Position numbers and translations under genes: made by a program
Part shown: positions 53,501 through 64,000 of the stretch, piece after piece
Position numbering within the stretch: position 1 is the stretch's first letter
Layout of the letters: the number at the start of each line of letters is the position of its first letter
Origin: Chrysomallon squamiferum
Taxonomy: Eukaryota; Animalia; Mollusca
DNA length: 64,000 nt
Assembly: GCA_012295275.1 (NCBI GenBank)
Contig: CM022665.1
Location: forward strand, 310,001 to 374,000
Reading direction: 5' to 3'
The notes under the pieces: model-generated
The model's input: only the letters and a program-made list of their open reading frames with translations
What the model was told of the DNA's origin: nothing
Database searches by the model: none

Positions 53501-56500
53501 ACGGAAATCATGGCACAGAAAACTTGTCCCACATTAAGCACAATAAAAGGTATGTACAATTTAATTTATTTTGTTTTTACAATTTTGTAAATTTAGTAAT
53601 TTTGGAAAGATGATGAAAGAACACAGAAAGTAGTAAAAAATAAATATATTATTACATGATTAAACCTTCTTAGATTAGAGTCATGCTTTATGTAACACGT
53701 CGCGCTCGTTTTATTAAAATCTAATTTGGGTAGTCCCCCTCCATAATGTCTGACTTGAGGGTATCCGTAAAGTTCTTGGTTTTTTGTGTTTTAATTGTTT
53801 GTTTGTTTATTATTGTTATTATTAAAATGGGCACCATTTGATATATCCGTATGCTGTTTTTCTGACAGTTATTTGCAGATACGGAGAAACGCTTTTTGCA
53901 TTTTGTATTGTAAGTGAAACGGGTACTCATCTAAGGAAAACGCTGAAATTTCTACCTCGATGTCGTCTGTCGATTCTTACAACAACTCATCCTCACAACT
54001 CATAATCTAGATTTTAGATTGGCGAGATAAATCATGAATATAATTGATCCTTTTAAACAAAATTACTGAAAACTGCATCGCCTATATCTAATGTAAAATC
54101 ATAACAGTGTGACGAACCACACTTCACAGATGTTAATTTTTAAATGTTTGTTTTAATTTCATCTTACAGAACTTAAAGAGCTAAGTGATAAGCAGGTGAA
54201 GATGATAAAGAGGATCTTTCAGCCTTTAGGTACTTTTACACGTTATTGAACCTAACTTATCAAGTGATTGTCATGTATTTAATCTTCTGTACTTTTATGT
54301 GGTAAAGAACTCTGTTTTATTCTTTATCAACAATACCTGTGAAGCAAAGAAATAATTGCCTATACATTCACTTATTTAGTACGCAATATAATATTGATAT
54401 ATCGTAATTTCAGTAGCTCACAGGACCCTACCCTGATTTTACCTCACTCATACCTTGCAATTAATATACGAACGTCAACATCTATTGTTTATTTTAATTA
54501 GTGAATGTTTGTCAGTGATTTGGAATTATTGCAAGTGAGACAAATTTCCCCTTCGTTTCCCAGTTGTAAGAATTATCCCAAAAGATAAGCGTGGAGTTTC
54601 ATTAATGTCCTGGTTTCGTTTTCAAATAGTTTATCTGTCTGTGACTTTGTGCATTTTATAATCTGAATGACAACTACATGAATATATTACATGAATAATT
54701 ACTTTCTTATAAACGTTAGCTGATGTTAATTTTACACATTTTATGTTTTCTGTATTTCTGAAATTACAGGTTTAACCTATGAACTAACGGAAATCATGGC
54801 ACAGAAAACTTGTCCCACATTAAGCACAATAAAAGGTATGTACAATTTAATTTATTTTGTTTTTACAATTTTGTAAATTTAGTAATTTTGGAAAGATGAT
54901 GAAAGAACACAGAAAGTAGTAAAAAATAAATATATTATTACATGATTAAACCTTCTTAGATTAGAGTCATGCTTTATGTAACACGTCACGCTCGTTTTAT
55001 TAAAATCTAATTTGGGTAGTCCCCCTCCATAATGTCTGACTTGAGGGTATCCGTAAAGTTCTTGGTTTTTTGTGTTTTAATTGTTTGTTTGTTTATTATT
55101 GTTATTATTAAAATGGGCACTATTTCATATATCCGTAAGCTGTGTTTCTGACTATTATTTGCAGATACGAAGAAACGCTTTTTGCATTTTGTATTCTAAG
55201 TGAAACGGGTACTCATCTAAGGAAAACGCTGAAATTTCTACCTCGATGTCGTCTGTCGATTCTTAGAACAACTCATCCTCACAACTCATAATCTAGATTT
55301 CAGATGGGCGAGATAAATCATGAATATAATTGATCCTTTTAAACAAAATTACTGAAAACTGCATCGCCTATATCTAATGTAAAATCATAACAGTGTGACG
55401 AACCACACTTCACAGATGTCAATTTTTAAATGTTTGTTTTAATTTCATCTTACAGAACTTAAAGAGCTAAGTGATAAGCAGGTGAAGATGATAAAGAGGA
55501 TCTTTCAGCCTTTAGGTACTTTTACACGTTATTGAACCTAACTTATCAAGTGATTGTCATGTATTTAATCTTCTGTACTTTTATGTGGTAAAGAACTCTG
55601 TTTTATTCTTTATCAACAATACCTGTGAAGCAAAGAAATAATTGCCTATACATTCACTTATTTAGTACGCAATATAATATTGATATATCGTAATTTCAGT
55701 AGCTCACAGGACCCTACCCTGATTTTACCTCACTCATACCTTGCAATTAATATACGAACGTCAACATCTATTGTTTATTTTAATTAGTGAATGTTTGTCA
55801 GTGATTTGGAATTATTGCAAGTGAGACAAATTTCCCCTTCGTTTCCCAGTTTTAAGAATTATCCCAAAAGATAAGCGTGGAGTTTCATTAATGTCCTGGT
55901 TTCGTTTTCAAATAGTTTATCTGTCTGTGACTTTGTGCATTTTTATAATCTGAATGACAACTACATGAATATATTACATGAATAATTACTTTCTTATAAA
56001 CGTTAGCTGATGTTCATTTTACACATTTTATGTTTTCTGTATTTCTGAAATTACAGGTTTAACCTATGAACTAACGGAAATCATGGCACAGAAAACTTGT
56101 CCCACATTAAGCACAATAAAAGGTATGTACAATTTAATTTATTTTTGTTTTTACAATTTTGTAAATTTAGTAATTTTGGAAAGATGATGAAAGAACACAG
56201 AAAGTAGTAAAAAATAAATATATTATTACATGATTAAACCTTCTTAGATTAGAGTCATGCTTTATGTAACACGTCGCGCTCGTTTTATTAAAATCTAATT
56301 TGGGTAGTCCCCCTCCATAATGTCTGACTTGAGGGTATCCGTAAAGTTCTTGGTTTTTTGTGTTTTAATTGTTTGTTTGTTTATTATTGTTATTATTAAA
56401 ATGGGCACCATTTGATATATCCGTATGCTGTTTTTCTGACAGTTATTTGCAGATACGAAGAAACGCTTTTGCATTTTGTATTGTAAGTGAAACGGGTACT

Positions 56501-59500
56501 CATCTAAGGAAAACGCTGAAATTTCTACCTCGATGTCGTCTGTCGATTCTTACAACAACTCATCCTCACAACTCATAATCTAGATTTTAGATTGGCGAGA
56601 TAAATCATGAATATAATTGATCCTTTTAAACAAAATTACTGAAAACTGCATCGCCTATATCTAATGTAAAATCATAACAGTGTGACGAACCACACTTCAC
56701 AGATGTCAATTTTTAAATGTTTGTTTTAATTTCATCTTACAGAACTTAAAGAGCTAAGTGATAAGCAGGTGAAGATGATAAAGAGGATCTTTCAGCCTTT
56801 AGGTACTTTTACACGTTCGTGAACCTAACTTACCAAGCGATTGTCATATATTTAATCTTCTGTACGTTTATGTGGTAAAGAACTCTGTTTTATTCTTTAT
56901 CAACAATACCTGTGAAGCAAAGAAGTAATTGCCTATACATTCACTTATTTAGTATGCAATATAATATTGATATATCGTAATTTCAGTAGCTCACACGAGC
57001 CTACCCTGATTTTACCTCACTCATACCTTTCAATTAATATACGAACGTCAACATCTATTGTTCATTTTAATTAGTGAATGTTTGTCAGTGATTTGGAATT
57101 ATTGCAAGTGAGACAAATTTCCCCTTCGTTTCCCAGTTTTAAGAATTATCCCAAAAGATAAGCGTGGAGTTTCATTAATGTCCTGGTTTCGTTTTCAAAT
57201 AGTTTATCTGTCTGTGACTTTGTGCATTTTTATAATCTGAATGACAACTACATGAATATATTACATGAATAATTACTTTCTTATAAACGTTAGCTGATGT
57301 TCATTTTACACATTTTATGTTTTCTGTATTTCTGAAATTACAGGTTTAACCTATGAACTAACGGAAATCATGGCACAGAAAACTTGTCCCACATTAAGCA
57401 CAATAAAAGGTATGTACAATTTAATTTATTTTTGTTTTTACAATTTTGTAAATTTAGTGATTTTGGAAAGATGATGAAAGAACACAGAAAGTAGTAAAAA
57501 ATAAATATATTATTACATGATTAAACCTTCTTAGATTAGAGTCATGCTTTATGTAACACGTCGCGCTCGTTTTATTAAAATCTAATTTGGGTAGTCCCCC
57601 TCCATAATGTCTGACTTGAGGGTATCCGTAAAGTTCTTGGTTTTTTGTGTTTTAATTGTTTGTTTGTTTATTATTGTTATTATTAAAATGGGCACCATTT
57701 GATATATCCGTATGCTGTTTTTCTGACAGTTATTTGCAGATACGGAGAAACGCTTTTTGCATTTTGTATTGTAAGTGAAACGGGTACTCATCTAAGGAAA
57801 ACGCTGAAATTTCTACCTCGATGTCGTCTGTCGATTCTTAGAACAACTCATCCTCACAACTCATAATCTAGATTTTAGATTGGCGAGATAAATCATGAAT
57901 ATAATTGATCCTTTTAAACAAAATTACTGAAAACTGCATCGCCTATATCTAATGTAAAATCATAACAGTGTGACGAACCACACTTCACAGATGTCAATTT
58001 TTAAATGTTTGTTTTAATTTCATCTTACAGAACTTAAAGAGCTAAGTGATAAGCAGGTGAAGATGATAAAGAGGATCTTTCAGCCTTTAGGTACTTTTAC
58101 ACGTTCGTGAACCTAACTTATCAAGCGATTGTCATATATTTAATCTTCTGTACTTTTATGTGGTAAAGAACTCTGTTTTATTCTTTATCAACAATACCTG
58201 TGAAGCAAAAAGAAATAATTGCCTATACATTCACTTATTTAGTATGCAATATAATATTGATATATCGTAATTTCAGTAGCTCACACGAGCCTACCCTGAT
58301 TTTACCTCACTCATACCTTTCAATTAATATACGAACGTCAACATCTATTGTTTATTTTAATTAGTGAATGTTTGTCAGTGATTTGGAATTATTGCAAGTG
58401 AGACAAATTTCCCCTTCGTTTCCCAGTTTTAAGAATTATCCCAAAAGATAAGCGTGGAGTTTCATTAATGTCCTGGTTTCGTTTTCAAATAGTTTATCTG
58501 TCTGTGACTTTGTGCATTTTTATAATCTGAATGACAACTACATGAATATATTACATGAATAATTACTTTCTTATAAACGTTAGCTGATGTTAATTTTACA
58601 CATTTTATGTTTTCTGTATTTCTGAAATTACAGGTTTAACCTATGAACTAACGGAAATCATGGCACAGAAAACTTGTCCCACATTAAGCACAATAAAAGG
58701 TATGTACAATTTAATTTATTTTTGTTTTTACAATTTTGTAAATTTAGTAATTTTGGAAAGATGATGAAAGAACACAGAAAGTAGTAAAAAATAAATATAT
58801 TATTACATGATTAAACCTTCTTAGATTAGAGTCATGCTTTATGTAACACGTCACGCTCGTTTTATTAAAATCTAATTTGGGTAGTCCCCCTCCATAATGT
58901 CTGACTTGAGGGTATCCGTAAAGTTCTTGGTTTTTTGTGTTTTAATTGTTTGTTTGTTTATTATTGTTATTATTAAAATGGGCACCATTTGATATATCCG
59001 TATGCTGTTTTTCTGACAGTTATTTGCAGATACGGAGAAACGCTTTTTGCATTTTGTATTGTAAGTGAAACGGGTACTCATCTAAGGAAAACGCTGAAAT
59101 TTCTACCTCGATGTCGTCTGTCGATTCTTAGAACAACTCATCCTCACAACTCATAATCTAGATTTTAGATTGGCGAGATAAATCATGAATATAATTGATC
59201 CTTTTAAACAAAATTACTGAAAACTGCATCGCCTATATCTAATGTAAAATCATAACAGTGTGACGAACCACACTTCACAGATGTCAATTTTTAAATGTTT
59301 GTTTAATTTCATCTTACAGAACTTAAAGAGCTAAGTGATAAGCAGGTGAAGATGATAAAGAGGATCTTTCAGCCTTTAGGTACTTTTACACGTTCGTGAA
59401 CCTAACTTACCAAGCGATTGTCATATATTTAATCTTCTGTACGTTTATGTGGTAAAGAACTCTGTTTTATTCTTTATCAACAATACCTGTGAAGCAAAGA

Positions 59501-61953
59501 AATAATTGCCTATACATTCACTTATTTAGTACGCAATATAATATTGATATATCGTAATTTCAGTAGCTCACACGAGCCTACCCTGATTTTACCTCACTCA
59601 TACCTTTCAATTAATATACGAACGTCAACATCTATTGTTCATTTTAATTAGTGAATGTTTGTCAGTGATTTGGAATTATTGCAAGTGAGACAAATTTCCC
59701 CTTCGTTTCCCAGTTTTAAGAATTATCCCAAAAGATAAGCGTGGAGTTTCATTAATGTCCTGGTTTCGTTTTCAAATAGTTTATCTGTCTGTGACTTTGT
59801 GCATTTTTATAATCTGAATGACAACTACATGAATATATTACATGAATAATTACTTTCTTATAAACGTTAGCTGATGTTAATTTTACACATTTTATGTTTT
59901 CTGTATTTCTGAAATTACAGGTTTAACCTATGAACTAACGGAAATCATGGCACAGAAAACTTGTCCCACATTAAGCACAATAAAAGGTATGTACAATTTA
60001 ATTTATTTTGTTTTTACAATTTTGTAAATTTAGTAATTTTGGAAAGATGATGAAAGAACACAGAAAGTAGTAAAAAATAAATATATTATTACATGATTAA
60101 ACCTTCTTAGATTAGAGTCATGCTTTATGTAACACGTCACGCTCGTTTTATTAAAATCTAATTTGGGTAGTCCCCCTCCATAATGTCTGACTTGAGGGTA
60201 TCCGTAAAGTTCTTGGTTTTTTGTGTTTTAATTGTTTGTTTGTTTATTATTGTTATTATTAAAATGGGCACCATTTAATATATCCGTATGCTGTTTTTCT
60301 GAAAGTTATTTGCAGATACGGAGAAACGCTTTTTCCATTTTGTATTGTAAGTGAAACGGGTACTCATCTAAGGAAAACGCTGAAATTTCTACCTCGATGT
60401 CGTCTGTCGATTCTTACAACAACTCATCCTCACAACTCATAATCTAGATTTTAGATGGGCGAGATAAATCATGAATATAATTGATCCTTTTAAACAAAAT
60501 TACTGAAAACTGCATCGCCTATATCTAATGTAAAATCATAACAGTGTGACGAACCACACTTCACAGATGTCAATTTTTAAATGTTTGTTTTAATTTCATC
60601 TTACAGAACTTAAAGAGCTAAGTGATAAGCAGGTGAAGATGATAAAGAGGATCTTTCAGCCTTTAGGTACTTTTACACGTTCTTGAACCTAACTTATCAA
60701 GTGATTGTCATGTATTTAATCTTCTGTACTTTTATGTGGTAAAGAACTCTGTTTTATTCTTTATCAACAATACCTGTGAAGCAAAGAAATAATTGCCTAT
60801 ACATTCACTTATTTAGTACGCAATATAATATTGATATATCGTAATTTCAGTAGCTCACACGAGCCTACCCTGATTTTACCTCACTCATACCTTTCAATTA
60901 ATATACGAACGTCAACATCTATTGTTTATTTTAATTAGTGAATGTTTGTCAGTGATTTGGAATTATTGCAAGTGAGACAAATTTCCCCTTCGTTTCCCAG
61001 TTTTAAGAATTATCCCAAAAGATAAGCGTGGAGTTTCATTAATGTCCTGGTTTCGTTTTCAAATAGTTTATCTGTCTGTGACTTTGTGCATTTTTATAAT
61101 CTGAATGACAACTACATGAATATATTACATGAATAATTACTTTCTTATAAACGTTAGCTGATGTTAATTTTACACATTTTATGTTTTCTGTATTTCTGAA
61201 ATTACAGGTTTAACCTATGAACTAACGGAAATCATGGCACAGAAAACTTGTCCCACATTAAGCACAATAAAAGGTATGTACAATTTAATTTATTTTGTTT
61301 TTACAATTTTGTAAATTTAGTAATTTTGGAAAGATGATGAAAGAACACAGAAAGTAGTAAAAAATAAATATATTATTACATGATTAAACCTTCTTAGATT
61401 AGAGTCATGCTTTATGTTACACGTCACGCTCGTTTTATTAAAACCTAATTTGGGTAGTCCCCCTCCATAATGTCTGACTTGAGGGTATCCGTAAAGTTCT
61501 TGGTTTTTTGTGTTTTAATTGTTTGTTTGTTTATTATTGTTATTATTAAAATGGGCACCATTTAATATATCCGTATGCTGTTTTTCTGAAAGTTATTTGC
61601 AGATACGGAGAAACGCTTTTTCCATTTTGTATTGTAAGTGAAACGCGTACTCGTCTAAGGAAAACGCTGAAATTTCTACCTCGATGTCGTCTGTCGATTC
61701 TTAGAACAACTCATCCTCACAACTCATAATCTAGATTTTAGATGGGCGAGATAAATCATGAATATAATTGATCCTTTTAAACAAAATTACTGAAAACTGC
61801 ATCGCCTATATCTAATGTAAAATCATAACAGTGTGACGAACCACACTTCACAGATGTCAATTTTTAAATGTTTGTTTTAATTTCATCTTACAGAACTTAA
61901 AGAGCTAAGTGATAAGCAGGTGAAGATGATAAAGAGGATCTTTCAGCCTTTAG
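47506..61953 (+). CDS. Twelve 60-nt 'B' exons (starts 47506, 48854, 50203, 51546, 52884, 54170, 55456, 56743, 58031, 59320, 60607, 61894)
   Basis: tttcatcttacag|aactt...|gtactt; phase 1/1; all open, e.g. (E)LKELSDKQVKMIKRIFQPL. Confidence 0.65.
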
Positions 61954-62547
61954 GTACTTTTACACGTTCTTGAACCTAACTTATCAAGTGATTGTCATGA
62001 ATTTAATCTTCTGTACTTTTATGTGGTAAAGAACTCTGTTTTATTCTTTATCAACAATACCTGTGAAGCAAAGAAGTAATTCACTTATTTAGTACGCAAT
62101 AAAATATTGACATATCGTAATTTCAGTGTCTCACAGGACCCTACCCTGATTTTACTACACTCATACCTTTCAATTAATATACAAACGTCAACATCTATTG
62201 TTTATTTTAATTAGTGAATGTTTGTCAGTGATTTGGGATTATTGCAAGTGAGACAAATTTCCCCTTCGTTTCCCAGTTTTAAGAATTATCCCAAAAGATA
62301 AGCGTGGAGTTTCATTAATGTCCTGGTTTCGTTTTCAAATAGTTTATCTGTCTGTGAGTGTGCATTTTTATAATCTGAATGACAACTACATAAATATATT
62401 ACATTAATAATTACTTTCTCATAAACGTTAGCTGATGTTAATTTTACACATTTTATGTTTTCTGTATTTCTGAAATTACAGGTTTAACCTATGAACTAAC
62501 GGAAATCATGGCACAGAAAACTTGTCCCACATTAAGCACAATAAAAG
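48118..62547 (+). CDS. Twelve 'A' exons (81-83 nt: 48118, 49468, 50813, 52153; 66 nt: 53484, 54770, 56057, 57344, 58634, 59921, 61208, 62482)
   Basis: tttctgaaattacag|gtttaacc...ataaaag|gtatgt; phase 1/1; (G)LTYETTEIMCHKTCSTLSEVENSTIK or (G)LTYELTEIMAQKTCPTLSTIK; copies at 49468 and 52153 have homopolymer indels. Confidence 0.7.
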
Positions 62548-63407
62548 GTATGTACAATTTAATTTATTTTGTTTTTACAATTTTGTAAATTTAGTAATTT
62601 TGGAAAGATGATGAAAGAACACAGAAAGTAGTAAAAAATAAATATATTATTACATGATTAAACCTTCTTAGATTAGAGTCATGCTTTATGTAACACGTCA
62701 CGCTCGTTTTATTAAAACCTAATTTGGGTATTCGTCATCATCCGTAATGACTTTTGACTTGAGGGTTTTCGTAAATTTGTTGTTGTTTTTCTAAACTTTA
62801 TATATATATATATATATGTATATTTTTATATTTAATTTTTTTTTTAATTTCTGTTCGTTCAATAATTTTGTATCTACGATTAAAGATCACAGTGTTTGTA
62901 TTTGAAATATTATTTTTTAATAAAATGATTATAATGAGAATAAACTTTGTTAATTTTGTTTCATGTCTTCGACAATTTATTTATTAATAAGAAGATAATT
63001 ATCTAAGTCTTACTTTGGATCTTGAACAGTTTTATTTTTTGCCTCTCGTCTATTTTCTGCTTAACTGACTATTCCTGACGTTCTCATGTACTCTGATGAA
63101 TGCTACTTCTTTAGAAGAGAAATAATTTTTCTATCTTCTTGTTGTAAAAAATCATTTAAAACATAAACGCTTAATTTTCTATCTGAAAATGATCTGCGAA
63201 TGAAAAATGTTTTCAAGATTGTAAATGAAATTTAAAATGAACATCCATCTTAAAATGAACTTCCTTACCACTGATATTCAATGATGTTTTCCAGGGAATA
63301 AATCATATAAAATGAAAACAAAACTCTCAACATGATTAACCTATAGTTTGTAAGTCTATCAGACACACAGAATATTTTAAATTTTACATAAATGTTTTAT
63401 CTTATAG

Positions 63408-64000
63408 ACACGTCAGCAATGAGAAGTGATGAGAGAGAACAGCTGAGAAGTGATGAGAGAGAACAGTTGAGAAGTGATGAGAGAGAACAGAGTAGAAGTG
63501 ATGAGAGAGAACAGTTGAGAAGTGATGAGACAGAACAGTGGAGAAGTGATCAAAGAGAACAGCTGAGAAGTGATGAGAGAGAACAGTTGAGAAGTGATGA
63601 GACAGAACAACTGAGAAGTGATGAGATAGAACAGCTGAGAAGTGATGCGATAGAACAGTTGAGAAGTGATGAGACAGAACAGTTGAGAAGTGATGAGACA
63701 GAACAGTTGAGAAGTGATGAGACAGAACAGGTGAGAAATGATGAGACAGAACAGCTGAGAAGTGATGAGATAGAACAGCTGAGAAGTGATGAAATAGAAC
63801 AGTTGAGAAGTGATGAGACAGAACAGTTGAGAAGTGATGAGACAGAACAGTGGAGAAGTGATGAGACAGAACAGTTGAGAAGTGATGAGACAGAACAGTT
63901 GAGAAGTGATGAGACAGAACAGTGGAGAAGTGATGAGACAGAACAGTTGAGAAGTGATGAGAGAGAACAGTTGAGAAGTGATGAGACAGAACAGTGGAGA
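63408..64000 (+). CDS. Start of the large IAP-type exon (RSDETEQL repeat, about 24 units so far), open to the window edge
   Basis: ttttatcttatag|ac acg tca gca atg aga agt gat...; paralogous to 17696 onward, including intron 63268-63407 vs 17552-17695; phase-1 acceptor; BIR/RING expected beyond the window. Confidence 0.8.

Larger units (their letters stand above)
46721..62770 (+). repeat. Tandem array of 12 full plus 1 partial ~1.3-kb units, each containing two mini-exons
   Basis: Anchor aagcgtggagtttcattaatg at 46721, 47931, 49278, 50627, 51969, 53300, 54587, 55873, 57160, 58450, 59737, 61024, 62300. Confidence 0.98.

Noticed and set aside
53879-53915. Possible third mini-exon per unit (ttgcag|atacgg...gtatt|gtaagt)
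   Set aside because: About 31 nt, not frame-preserving, and the donor is mutated in units 3, 4 and 7; could at most be a poison exon
46721-62770. CRISPR-like array or tandem rRNA/snRNA/histone repeat
   Set aside because: Eukaryotic context, no repeat-spacer structure, and no recognisable RNA-gene or histone sequence

Overview
Very AT-rich, microsatellite-laden animal DNA (probably mollusc/lophotrochozoan; inference only) with a 200-N scaffold gap at 23967-24166. Most of the supplied ORFs are microsatellite artefacts. The window is a rearranged cluster of inhibitor-of-apoptosis (IAP; BIR + C-terminal RING) gene copies. It holds a disabled +strand copy (17696-20311: 8-aa repeat, BIR, deleted second BIR, RING), an orphan -strand RING exon (12988-13166), an internally deleted relic (29798-31150), a -strand copy leaving the left edge, and a +strand copy leaving the right edge. 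The main observation is that the 16-kb, ~1.3-kb-period tandem array at 46721-62770 is not a plain satellite. Each unit carries two small AG/GT-flanked phase-1/phase-1 exons (60 nt and 66 or 81 nt) that splice in frame to each other and to the IAP-type repeat exon at 63408. This predicts an IAP with a modular, exon-amplified N-terminal repeat region that is locally hypervariable. Also present: a ~12-kb inverted duplication, multiplied promoter-like modules, a pseudogenised terminal exon of an aromatic amino acid hydroxylase, and LINE and hAT remnants. All exon models come from reading the sequence; there is no expression evidence.
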